Part shown: positions 38,972 through 50,390 of the stretch, piece after piece
Numbering within the stretch: position 1 is the first letter of the stretch
Layout: every line of letters begins with the position of its first letter
NCBI GenBank assembly: GCA_951406725.2
Contig: OX597814.1
Span: 89,342,001-89,406,000 of the forward strand
Direction: 5' to 3'
DNA length: 64,000 nucleotides
From: Octopus vulgaris
Taxonomy: Eukaryota
Notes under the pieces: generated by a model
Databases searched by the model: none
The model's input: only the letters and a program-made list of their open reading frames with translations
What the model was told of the DNA's origin: nothing
Program-made: the position numbers and the translations under genes

Positions 38972-41900
38972 TTTGTCTAACCTTGAAGACCCACCTCTCT
39001 TTTATCTATTCCTGTTTGTCACGTAAACACATGATTTATTACGTTTAAGTGTTAGAATGGATTTAATCATTGTCTAATTTTATTTTACCCTCCTCTTCTA
39101 AGATAATTATTTCTTTTGTAACTTTCAAGAATTTCATCAGTATAATTATAATTAGAGCTCTGTTAAAAGAAATCTTCAATATCATCATTCATTTGCTACG
39201 GCCAGGAACTTCGGTATGTTTTCATGTATGAAAAAAACGTTTTTATGAAGAGGCATGCAAGGACACTTTGTGTTATTAGGGTTAAAAAAATATCTATTTC
39301 TAGTTGTGATAATAATAGAAACTTGAAAGGCGACACTGATGAGTTCATGTGCCGCGAAAATATATTTTAAAAAATGTAAAAGTAATTGAAGAGGCTTTAT
39401 AGAAGTTGGATTTCGTTCAATTGTTCTCAATATTTAACGCTGATGAACAGTTTGAAAATCAACTTGAAAAATATCTATATTTCACATAAGCTACTTTACT
39501 TATCTATCTACCTGTTTCTGCGGCAAGTTTTAACGCACGGTTCCCATTCTCTTAATACGGAAAGGACACATAATACAGATAACGTAATCATAGATTTTCT
39601 TCTAAATTAATTGTATGATATGGATGGAAAGCCTTTGATCCTAGGTCTGTTTCGACCAGGGGTGATATGGGGCTAATAACAACAATTATAATACTGTCCT
39701 AAGTATACTATTTCTCCTTTAGACAAACTTAGAAATAATAGCGTAACCTCAAACATTACTAGACAGCACATGAAATGAAATTCATGCAGAAGAGCTGCTA
39801 CTCCTATGATCTAACAAAGGTTTCCTTGCACTGCTCTACCATGGCCACCACTACAGTCTATATTTGCACAGGTCCAACGTAGTCATTTGAACGACTAGAA
39901 ATAACAGCCAAATTTCAAATTATATCCTTCTTAACTGAAGAAGTAATCACATGGTATAGACCTTAAATTCAAAGTAATCATATCTGGAATGCTTTGATCA
40001 GAGTCCGATTCATGGTAGATCTGGGGTTAAATAAATCAGCAGTTGTGTGAGTCAACAAGGAAGCTTTTATTTGGTTGCTTATCATATATGAACCAAATCT
40101 TCAAATCATACCTTACTTTCTTAATATGAAGGACACGTTCACTTCTGTAGACCTTTTATCTTCCTTTACTGGTTTCATTCAAAAGATTGTGGCCATGCTG
40201 GGGCATCACCTTGAAGGGTTTTAGTTGAACAAATCGACCCCAGTACGTTTTTTTTATGTTTGGTACGTTTTCTGTCGATCTCTTTTTGCTGAACTGCTGC
40301 GTTACAAGGACGGTTGTTAAACGGTGGTGTTCTTTCAGTTTCCATCTACCAAATCCACACACGGTTTTGGTCAGTGTTGGTCTATAGTAGACACTTGCCC
40401 GCCCAAGGTGTCATACAGTGGGTGGGACTGAAACCAGAATTATATGGCTGGGAAACAAACTTCTTTCCACACAACCACGCTTGTGCCCAGATACATAGTT
40501 TAGAAGGAAATAAAATCTGATTATAATGTCTTTAATCATAGGTTTGCTTGAGTAGAACTGATCTTAGGCTAAACAATACTAGTCACACAGAAAATAGACC
40601 GTGGGAGAGCTTCTGTGGAGTTCCTCAACCTGTTAAAAATAACAATCAAATGTTCCTCAAATTACATCCTGCTGTCATAAAAGGGAATACTTTGAAAAAT
40701 GTATTCCTGATTACATTATCTAAAATAATTTAGAATAGTGATGACAAAAAACTGACCCAAAATGATGATTGTATCTGGTATATTTACTTTTGATCGTAGG
40801 TCTGGTGTTAAAAAACAAATAGAAACAGCTAGAACAGTTAAAACATTGCAAAACTGATTGCCTTTAGTAAATGTTAGAATTCTATAGAAAACAGTAAGAA
40901 GGCTTGCAAGCTGATTCTTTTTTTTTTTTTTAATCTTAATTCCTTTAATATATCTTATCATTTAGTGTTGAAAAATTGTATTTTGCATTTGCTTTTCTTG
41001 ATTCATATTAAATCAAATCCAGTTAAGCTTCCGTTATTATAAATCATTTTAAAAGTGGTGAGCTGGCAGAATTGTTAGCATGCTTGGTAAAATGCTTAGC
41101 AGCATTTTGTCTGTCTATACATTCTGAGTTCAAATTCCGCTGAAGTCAGCTTTGCCTCTCAGTCTTTCGAGTTTAATAAAATATGTACCAGTTGGGGTTG
41201 ATGTTATCAACTTATCCCCCCCCCCCCAAAAAAAATCACTGGCCTTGTGTCAAAATTTGAAATCGTTATTTGTGCTGATGAATGCTGACATAAAAATGTC
41301 ACTGAAGTCAATGCATGGAAACTATTGCTCTATATTGATACTGTTGAAGATTTTTCAGTAGTCTGGTTGCAGTAACCTGTCTAAATTTACTGGTAAATGA
41401 AAGGGGTCAACACTCTGTTTTATTGCCTACTTTTAAAGGACAAGGACACATTTAGTGTAGATAATGTAGTCCTATCCAGGAACAGATAAACAATCATTGT
41501 GGCTAAACTCATAATGCTCAGAGGAGACAGATTTGACCTTCCTCACCAACTGAAGAAAGTCAAATTCCAAGACGTGGTTCATGTGGCTCTCATCAAAGGA
41601 TTACAATGCAGTCTTATTCCCTGTAGAAGTTGATTATCACAGTTTTTCTGCAAGATTGGTGTACTACCTCCACCAGACAATTGATGAAAGCTGCCAAGGA
41701 GATAGTCATGGCAGCTGAAACCATCTCAAGGTGGTTGTGGTTGATGAGACTGCAGATGGCACCCTTCTGCTGGTGAGGGCTAATTCAGTCTTTGCTACTC
41801 CACTCAAGCAAAGGGTACAGGCAAAGGGGTGAAATGCTTGTGACCCTGAGATACCTGCTGAAGATTCAGAAAGGTTTCTAACAGTGCAGTAGCTTCAATT

Positions 41901-43096
41901 ACCACCAGGGGAAAAGCTTGTAATATCTTTAAATAGCTCCTGCAGTTTGTACTTGGGGTTTGCCCCAAATGAAATTAAACTCTTTTATTAACAATTGTTT
42001 TACTTATAATTTAATTAGACTGGTTTCCCTCTGTATAATTCCCAACCATTCCCAATGTTTCTTTCAGTTTTGGAATGCATTTTTAGAGTTAGTGCATATT
42101 TCTCTAAGCAAATTATTTTTAGTCTCTCCTGGTGTTTAAATTGAACCTTTCTGGGTGGATTTCAACTTTGAAGACAAATAAAAGTTTGCAAGGGGTTGAT
42201 CTAGTAAGTAACATGACTGAAAGATAAGAAAGGTCTTCAGCTTTGCCAATGAATCAGGGTTAATGAGTGATATGTGAGTGGGGGCATTAGTGTGGTGCTG
42301 TATCCAGATTCTGTTTGTTTAGGCTTCAGGTCTATTCCTTTACATTGCAGAACATTACTTTTCATTGTTTACCTGACCATGTGGAACAAATTCAATGATG
42401 TTGCTGCCCTTCCAATTAAAAAGAGATGATTCAACATCAAATTACTTTCACATTTAGATGTACATCCATATTTAGTCATACTTGCCATCCACTTAGGTAG
42501 AATTGATACTGGTCTGGTACCACATAAAAAACACTGGTGTTGGTACCACACAAAAAGCACCCACTACACTCTGCAAAGTGATTGGTCTTGGAAAGGGCAT
42601 TCAACTTTAGAAACTATGCCTGAAGAGACAATGGACCCCCTTCCCCCCTGGCCCATGCCAGCATGGAAAAACGAACGATTAATGATGATGATAATTCAAA
42701 TAATCAAGCAGCTCCTTACTGATTGACTGGTATCCTTTTCATTTTGTTCATCTGTCAATAAATAAAAGCTGCACAGATTTCCTGGCAACATGATGCATAT
42801 TCAATTTTTCTTTTAAAATTATGTAGAATGAACGTTTATGTGTGTTCACTTGTTTGGAAACTGGAAGGTCAAGCAATGATTTCTGTGGATCACCGTATAA
42901 ATTTTTAATGATTTTTAATTAATTATTATCCAAGTGTAAAAAGTTCAACTCTTCATTTGCCTAGTTCTTAACTCTACTAAGTTCTCCAATATATTTTACT
43001 CCATTCTTACCACTTTCATCTTTACAGCATCTATTTTCATCTTTATCATTTTGTGTATCTGATCATCTCTTAAGCTCATCCTTCATCAATCTATAT

Positions 43097-43355
43097 CAGT
43101 GGTTTTCAACTGGAGTCCACTTAGTCCTTGGGGTTCACATAATATTTTGTTGCTAAAATTTACATGCAATAAATTGCTTATACTTCCTGCAATGCACAAA
43201 ATATTTTAACAATTTTTTTTTATACAATTCCTAATAATATATAATTATAAAAATACAGCAGGATTTTATTTATATATATTGAATGGCACTGGAGGTCAAG
43301 TTAGAGTAAAAGAGGGATCAGAGGGGTCCATAGGCAAAACATGGTTGAGAACTAT
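43097..43355. mobile_element. hAT-like MITE (partial relative near 44945-45050)
   Basis: Starts CAGTGGTTTTCAAC and ends GTTGAGAACTATG. Confidence 0.6.
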
Positions 43356-43398
43356 GATCTTGATATTTTGACTCATTGAAATTAAAGAATCTTTTGTA

Positions 43399-44700
43399 TG
43401 AGGTGATATCAAAAAGTTCTCAGATTACTGTAAATCCTTGAGTATTGTCCGCCCATGAATATAATACGCAGGGGATTTTTAGGGGGCTATACCTCTGAAA
43501 AACCTAAATCTTGTGTATAATATGCACCCCTTCTCTAACTTGAGTCAAGGAGGTCTATATAACGTCCTTGGTTTGTAAAAATGTATACGGTAACGTCCTT
43601 TATTATTATTGTATATATAGCATAATGCAAACGTGTAGCATTTTTGTGCATTTTGTTTGCAGAAAATAAAGAAATAACAATAATAACGTTTAATAAATGT
43701 TGCTTACTGCAAGTTATAGATGATTCTTTTATGACTTCATTGCTTTCAGGCTTAGCTTAAGGTATTTTCGCGACCGACATCACAAAATGTGTCTGAATAA
43801 ACATTGCCGGACAACAAATAGAGACTTGAACATTGCTTAGAAAATAATTTTCATTTTTAACCTCGTGTATGATATGCACTGGGTATTTTGACCTTTAAAT
43901 TTTGGAAAAAAAATGCAGATTATACTCGAGGATTTACGGTAGTTATGTTTAATAAAAAATAACTTATTTACCTAAGTTTTAACATCATCTCCCTCAAAAT
44001 AGTCACCTTGCGCAACAATACACTGGTCCCAGTGTTCCTACCACTTCTGGAACCTTACCTGGAAGTTGTTTTCCATAAGTGAGTTGAGGACCTTCTGTGA
44101 TTCGCTCTGGATCTTGACAGCGATGTTAAAATGCTGACCTTTGAGCTGCCTTTTCATCTTGGGGAAGAAGTGGAAGTTTGCAAGTGCTAAATCTGGCAAA
44201 TAGAGTGAGTGCTGAAGTAATACCATGTTATTTTTGGCAAGAAACACACAAGTGCAGAGAGCTTGTTTACAGGCTGCATTATCGTTATGAAGAATCCAAT
44301 TTTTTTTTGTGTTCCACAGATCCGGTCACTTTAGCTGATTGTCCTCCCTCAAATGTTTCAAAATGTTGCAGTAGAACTCTCAGTTAATTGTCTGTCCCTA
44401 GGATGAATTTTTGATGCACAATACTGCAGATGTTAAAAAAAAAAACCCCCAAAACAATAAGCATGCTCTTGATTGAGCTGCAGCTCTGTCATGCCTTCCT
44501 CGGTTGTGGAGATGATGGGCTCTTCTATTGTGACAACTGCTGTTTCATTGCTGTAAGCTTGCCAAAGCACACTTAATGTCTCTGTGGCAGACTTCCCAAG
44601 TTTAACACAAGATTTCACATTGGCTCTTTGTCCCAACTACCTGTCCATGACGTAATTGTAGACTATAGCATACATGTGACAAAAACACATTTTACTACTT
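43399..44700 (-). mobile_element. Internally deleted mariner relic
   Basis: QRANVKSCVKLGKSATETL (N-terminal HTH) and HSLYLPDLALANFHFFPKMKRQLKGQHF (YSPDLAP region); terminal TGAGGTGATATCAAAAAGTTC. Confidence 0.8.
43428..43939. mobile_element. Tc2/pogo-type MITE nested near the mariner terminus
   Basis: TIRs CTGTAAATCCTTGAGTAT / ATACTCGAGGATTTACGG with TA duplication (43426-43427, 43940-43941). Confidence 0.8.
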
Positions 44701-45589
44701 GCTAAGTAAACTCAGCAATGTCACTCGATGTGTGCGCGCACACATACACACACATGTTTGTTATGTCATAAGAATTTAGAAATTTTGAAAGAATGTGAAA
44801 TATTTGATTTTTACTGTTAACCCAATATTTACATGTTATTATTTATAGCTTTATCTAATTTCAAACCATGTCCTGTAACTATTTAAGGTCATTATATTTC
44901 TAATGCAATTTCAATTTCATGACATCCTTGTCTTTGTTCAAGACTGTAGTTTTCAACCAGGGTCCACGTGTCCCTTGGGGGTCCAATATAAGATTTGGTT
45001 AAAATTTATAATACATAAAATATTTTAATAATTTTTTTAAAAATAATTCCAGTGTGGTAAGAAGCTTGCTTTCTAACCCCATGATTCTGAGTTCAGTCCC
45101 ATGCATTTCTGAATATTGTAACACTTTTGGAGAGAATAGATTTTTGAGGTTTTCATCACTGTTTACAGTTTTGCTCCAATTGTCTTCAAATTTGGTATAT
45201 GGATTAAGTTTTGTATACTAATTATGAAAATGAAATTCATATTTCCTATAAATCCATAATTAAAAGTTATTAGCCTTTAAAATATTCAAAATTTGGGTAT
45301 TTTATTTAGCCAATCAGAAGCGACTATTTTACATATCACTGTGGCAAAAATTTCTTTTTCCATAATAACCAAAGCAAAGAAGCACCATGTGTTGCATAGC
45401 TGATTGTGAAGAACAGTTTCCATAGTTACCAAAGATGCTGTGCATGTGCACAAGGAGGAGGAGGAGATATGAAAAAGATAATTTATTTTATAAAATTCTA
45501 GTTCAATGTTTTGACATGCCAATGCCCCCCTCCCCTGCCCTTGATGATGGAAGAGGCAGCATATATTTAAGAGATGAGGAATTATGTAC

Positions 45590-45839
45590 ATTATTTACAT
45601 TTGACAGATATTTGTCCTCATCTTGGTGTAGTGGTTAAGAGCACGGGCTACTAACCCCAAGATTCTGAGTTCGATTCCAGGCAGTGACCTGAATAATAAT
45701 AATATCGAAAAATACCTTGGAAATGAAAACCCAGGTTCGAAATTTCCCCAAGACACCTGATGAAGGTTGGAGGGAATATCTGCTGAAACGTGTTAACAAC
45801 TAACAAAATGAGGACAAATATCCATCTAATGTAAATAAT
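45590..45839 (+). mobile_element. Composite mini-element: tRNA-like head, degenerate hammerhead-ribozyme core, 36-bp inverted termini
   Basis: Inverted repeats at 45590-45625 and 45804-45839; A box GGTGTAGTGG and B box GTTCGATTCC; GACAC-CTGATGA-stem-GAAAC-GTGTT at 45752-45794. Confidence 0.7.
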
Positions 45840-46381
45840 ATAAATCAGTCCCAGTACTTACTTTTTCTTAAGTCTTGATCTTATTCTATTGGTGTCCATT
45901 GCCAAACTGTTAAGTTACAGGGATGTTAACTGCTAAGTTACAGGGATATTAACTATCAAGGTTATCAAGTGGTGGAGTGCAGACAAACATAGACACAGAG
46001 ACATACCTTCACTCATATATGTATGTATACACACACAGACACAGCAAACTTCCACAGTTTCCGTCAACCAAATTCACTCACATTAGTTGATCAAGTTTTA
46101 TAGTTGAAGATACTTGCCAAAGGTGCTATGCAGTGGGACTGAACCGGAAACATGGTTGCACACTGAGCTTCTACATTTTACTAGTACTTCATTGCTGACA
46201 CACTATATACATCTTTTATGAGGTTAAACTGCAACTTTGTTTTGTTTTCTTTTTGTAGTTTACTTTGTATCTTCTCACATTTGTTCTGGCCTTATGCAAC
46301 AACCTTCTGTAAAGTTATGCCATTAATGCTTCATCAGAACTACCATGTTTTAATCTTTCTAATTATAGTTTACCAGTCAAC

Positions 46382-47835
46382 ATGGCTGAAGAAGTAAAGC
46401 TTCAAACTGCTCCATTTGATGCAAGGTTTCCTAACCAGAATCAAACCAGGTAAGCTAAAATTTGTTTATGTAAATAATTTTCATTAAGCCAGATTGAGTA
46501 AAGGTTCTGCTTACAAAATTGATTTAATATTGAAAGGAAATATATGAGTGTCAGTCTAAGTTGGTTGATAGTTTTCATTTAATCCTTGGACATCTTTGAA
46601 TTAATCAGGTACAATCTTGTAGCTTTGAGATTTTGGTAATGTGATTGTTTATTTTTAGAATGACATTGTAGAGTGGATGTGAAAGGCTGAATCTGAATAG
46701 TTTGAACATAAAACAGGAATAATATTTGACAACATATATATTGAGCACATAATTGATATAGCTTCAGTTTGCCTTATACACAAAAACAATTGTTCTATTT
46801 CATAGCTGAATGCTTAATTCTTTACCATTCAGATTACTCAGTAAAATGTGATGCTTATTTATTCACATTACTATGAAGTAATCACATATCTCATAGCTTT
46901 GGGAGTTCAATGACATGATTGTTTACTCTTAGAATAACATTGTAGAGTAGGTGTGAAAGCCCTGATCTGGTAACATAGAAGAAGTAGAATATTTGGGCCA
47001 GATATGGTCAATTTAAATGGTTAATGGTGATTCAGTACTCAAGTGTAGAAACAATTGCTAGTATTGTCATTTGTTAAAAAAGTCTTTCAGTATTACTTAT
47101 TCCAATTTCTGAAAAATGTCTTCGCATCCACTATTTTCTTATTGCTTGTGTTTTAATATTTTTGAACAGAAATTGCTGGCAGAACTATGTAGACTATCAC
47201 AGATGTCACAAAATCAAGGGAGAAGACTACGAGCCATGTGATTACTTCAAGAGAGTTTTCAGGTCCATTTGCCCAAATGCTTGGGTATGTACATATTTTT
47301 TCTTGCAAATATGCGTGATTTTAATAAAAAAAAAAATTTAATATCTACTTTTCTATGCTTGTATGGGGTTCACTGAGGCAGATTTGCTATGGTTTGATAA
47401 CCTTATCACCAGCCCTCACCAGTTTCACAAGGTAATATTTCCCCATGAACGTTTTTCATGGAAGACTGGAAACAAACGATACTGATTGTATGTTGGTGAC
47501 ACTCGTTTACAAGCATCACATGTCAAGAGAAGCAGACACATGCACGTGTGCACACACATGTATACACAGACACATGATTGGCTTCTTTTAGTTTGTGTAT
47601 CAAATTCACTCACAAAGCATTGGTCAGCCAAGGGCTATAACAAAAAACACTGTGAAAGGTAGTGTATTTTGGGGTTGTATCCAAAACTACAGTGGTTGGG
47701 AAGCAAGCTTCTAAACCACACAGCCATGCCTGCATATATAACTTTTATTTTATTAACTCGGGTATGTTTTTTCTTTTTCAGGTTGAGAAATGGGATTCAC
47801 AAATGGAAGAAGGAGTATTTGCTGCCAAAATATGA
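46382..47835 (+). CDS. COX6B1: Cytochrome c oxidase subunit 6B; coding exons 46382-46449, 47170-47284, 47782-47835
   Basis: 237 nt (78 aa plus stop): MAEEVKLQTAPFDARFPNQNQTRNCWQNYVDYHRCHKIKGEDYEPCDYFKRVFRSICPNAWVEKWDSQMEEGVFAAKI, with the four conserved Cys. GT-AG introns; AATAAA at 47909. Confidence 0.97.
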
Positions 47836-49476
47836 TAGTCTAATTTATAGGAAATTTTTTTCATTAAAGACTTACTTTGTGAACTAATAGATTCTTGAAG
47901 CTTGATTAAATAAATTTATTAAATGATGTACTTGTTATTTTGGAGATTATTAAAGGGTTTAACCATGGGATGGTTAGCTCAGAACAGATGATAAAAGTTC
48001 AAAATCATGTTTTCTAGCATACAAGAATTGGACAAGAAGAGTTTTAAAACTGTAAAGGAAATATCATTAAGCAAAAATTGAAAATATATTAGGAAAAACT
48101 TGTTTTAGAAAAGATTTTTCAAAATAAAAAAATATATATAACTTTTTAGTTTTGCATACTGAGGCTCATCTACACAAGACAAGTTCCACATTCTCCTCAA
48201 CTTTCATTTCATCATCCTTTAACGTCTATTTTCCATGCTGGCATGGGTGGGATGGCAAGGCCAGGGGCCACATCAAGTTCCATAGTCTGTTTTGGCTTGG
48301 TTTCTAAGGCTGGATGCCCTTCCTAATGCCAACCACTTTACAGAGAAAATGGTTTCCTTGATTGCATTTCAAAGCATACAACTTATTGACTGCTTCTGTA
48401 GTCTCTCCTCCTTCATGAAGAATCCTAATGAATTCATCACAAATGGGATAAAGTTCAGTTGATTTTAAATATTTTGTATTTCCAAGTATCCCAGTAGCTG
48501 TCTCACCCATTCTTCCTACATGTTTCAGTCTAACCGCTTTACTGGCATTCCGCTGGTTATGACATTGAGGGATCCAATTGACCCGATCAGCTGAACAGCC
48601 TGCTTATAAAATTAATGTGTAAGTGGTTGAACACTCCACAAACACATGTACCCCTAACGTAGTTCTCGAGGAGATTCAGTGTCACCGTCACCTAGCGGTT
48701 CGGCAAAAGAGACTAATAGAATAAGTACTGGGCTTACAAAGAATAAGTCCCAGGGTCAATTTGCTCGACTAAAGGTGGTGCTCCAGCATGGCCGCAGTCA
48801 AATGACTGAAACAAGTAAAAGGGTAAAGAGTATGCACGAGTGAAAACTCTAGATCCTGAGTACATGGAGAATATAATAAATTCAGCAGGGAAATATTTGT
48901 GCCACTTCTCTATATTCTTCAGTTTCCACCAGGTCTTATTTTCTTTCTGAAAGAGTTCAGGACCAGGTCCCATTGATATAAATATTGCTGCTTTAAGATC
49001 AACAAGAGTTCCTATCAAGTTACTGTCTAAAATGAGTGATTAATTCAAAGATTTGGGAACTGGATATGCTTAATAGTAATGGATGAATTGGTAAAGCTAA
49101 CAGTTCCACTGTATCTCTCTCTGCTGACAACGTCAGTTTCTCTAAAGTGGGTTGAAGAGGCAAGTCAATAGCCTCTAGTAATGTATAAAAGTTATAGTTT
49201 GTTCAGAGTTGTAATAATCATATTGACTGTATCATTCATTTGTAGTGGGTCCTTAATCCGTTTGTCACTATACTTATTTTGATATACACTATTGTTTTCA
49301 TTGATTTGAAAACAATAAATTTAGTAAATCTTGTGATTAGAGATAGGAGCAGTATTCACACCAAGAAGTAATGTTAATGGTTACTTGAGCAAGGGTATTC
49401 TTTAAGAACAGATGATACTAATATTTTAACCACAAGAGGATGCTTCCTCCTGCACTTTGCAATCTATATGTTACAA

Positions 49477-49860
49477 GTGGCGAGTTGGCAGAAACGTTAG
49501 CACGCTGGACGAAATGCTTAGCCGTATTTCGTCTGCTGTTACGTTCTGAGTTCAAATTCTGCCGAGGTCGACTTTTGCCTTTCAGGGTTGATAAATTAAG
49601 TACCAGTTACACACTGAGGTCGGTGTAATCGACTTAATCCATTTGTCTGTCCTTGTTTGTCCCCTCTGTGTTTAGCCCCTTGTGGGTAGTACAGAAATAG
49701 GTATGTCGTCTGTCTTTACATTCTGAGTTCAAATTCCGCTGAGGTCGACTTTGCTTTTCATCCTTTTGGGATCGATAAATTAAGTACCAGTTGTGAACTG
49801 TAAGCGATCTAATCGACTGGCCCCATCCCCCAAAATTTCAGGCCTTGTGCCTAGAATAGA
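49477..49860 (+). mobile_element. tRNA-derived SINE with duplicated head; other copies at about 9537-9750, 27905-28098, 33593-33775, 34765-34895, 41055-41270 and 54880-55030
   Basis: GGCGAGTTGGCAGAAACGTTAGC...GAGTTCAAATTC...GGTCGACTTT...GATAAATTAAGTACCAGTT recurs in both orientations across the window. Confidence 0.8.
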
Positions 49861-50390
49861 AAAGCATGTATCTACTGCAAGCAGGGAGAGAACTCCTTAC
49901 TATCCTAGCTTGGAGACCACCGTATCACAGGATTTTGACCTTATTGGATCATCCTTGGTGATGGGCACTCATCTGCCTAACATAGCATAGTCTATCCCAG
50001 CTTGCAATATATAGAAAAGACAGTGTTATATAGTCACTGGTTCTGCAACTAGCAAAATAGTGCATTAAGAAAATCACTATTAAGATATAGGGAAAGTATT
50101 CACACGGAGAAGTAATGCTTATTGTCACTTAAATGTGGGTGTTCTTTAAGAACATGTTTAGATCACTTTAAAACAGGAAGCTTGTATCATTAGAACCAGG
50201 GTGGGTTGGTATCAAAAGAGTTAAACACTTTGTCAGGATAAAATAATTTTAGACAAAACTTCGATTGTGAAAGTTTACATTTTAAAGTATAATTTTCCAA
50301 AAGAAATCTTTAAAGTTCAATAAATTCATTTATCTTAATTGGCTTAATGAAAATATAACCAAATTATATTAAATATAAAATAAATCTCGA

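Noticed and set aside
45415-45430. X-box-like GTTTCCATAGTTAC
   Set aside because: Lies in repeat-like sequence with no ciliary gene start nearby.
45625-45690. Genuine tRNA gene
   Set aside because: No acceptor stem, an unusual ACT anticodon, and embedded in a repeat; treated as a SINE-like head. The same applies to the SINE heads at 23035 and about 57700-57770.
48304-49018. Minus-strand ORFs (68 and 94 aa) as further exons of the unidentified gene
   Set aside because: That gene already terminates at 50391. The region abuts a dispersed LINE-like repeat (inverted copy at about 51460-51605) and lacks good donors.
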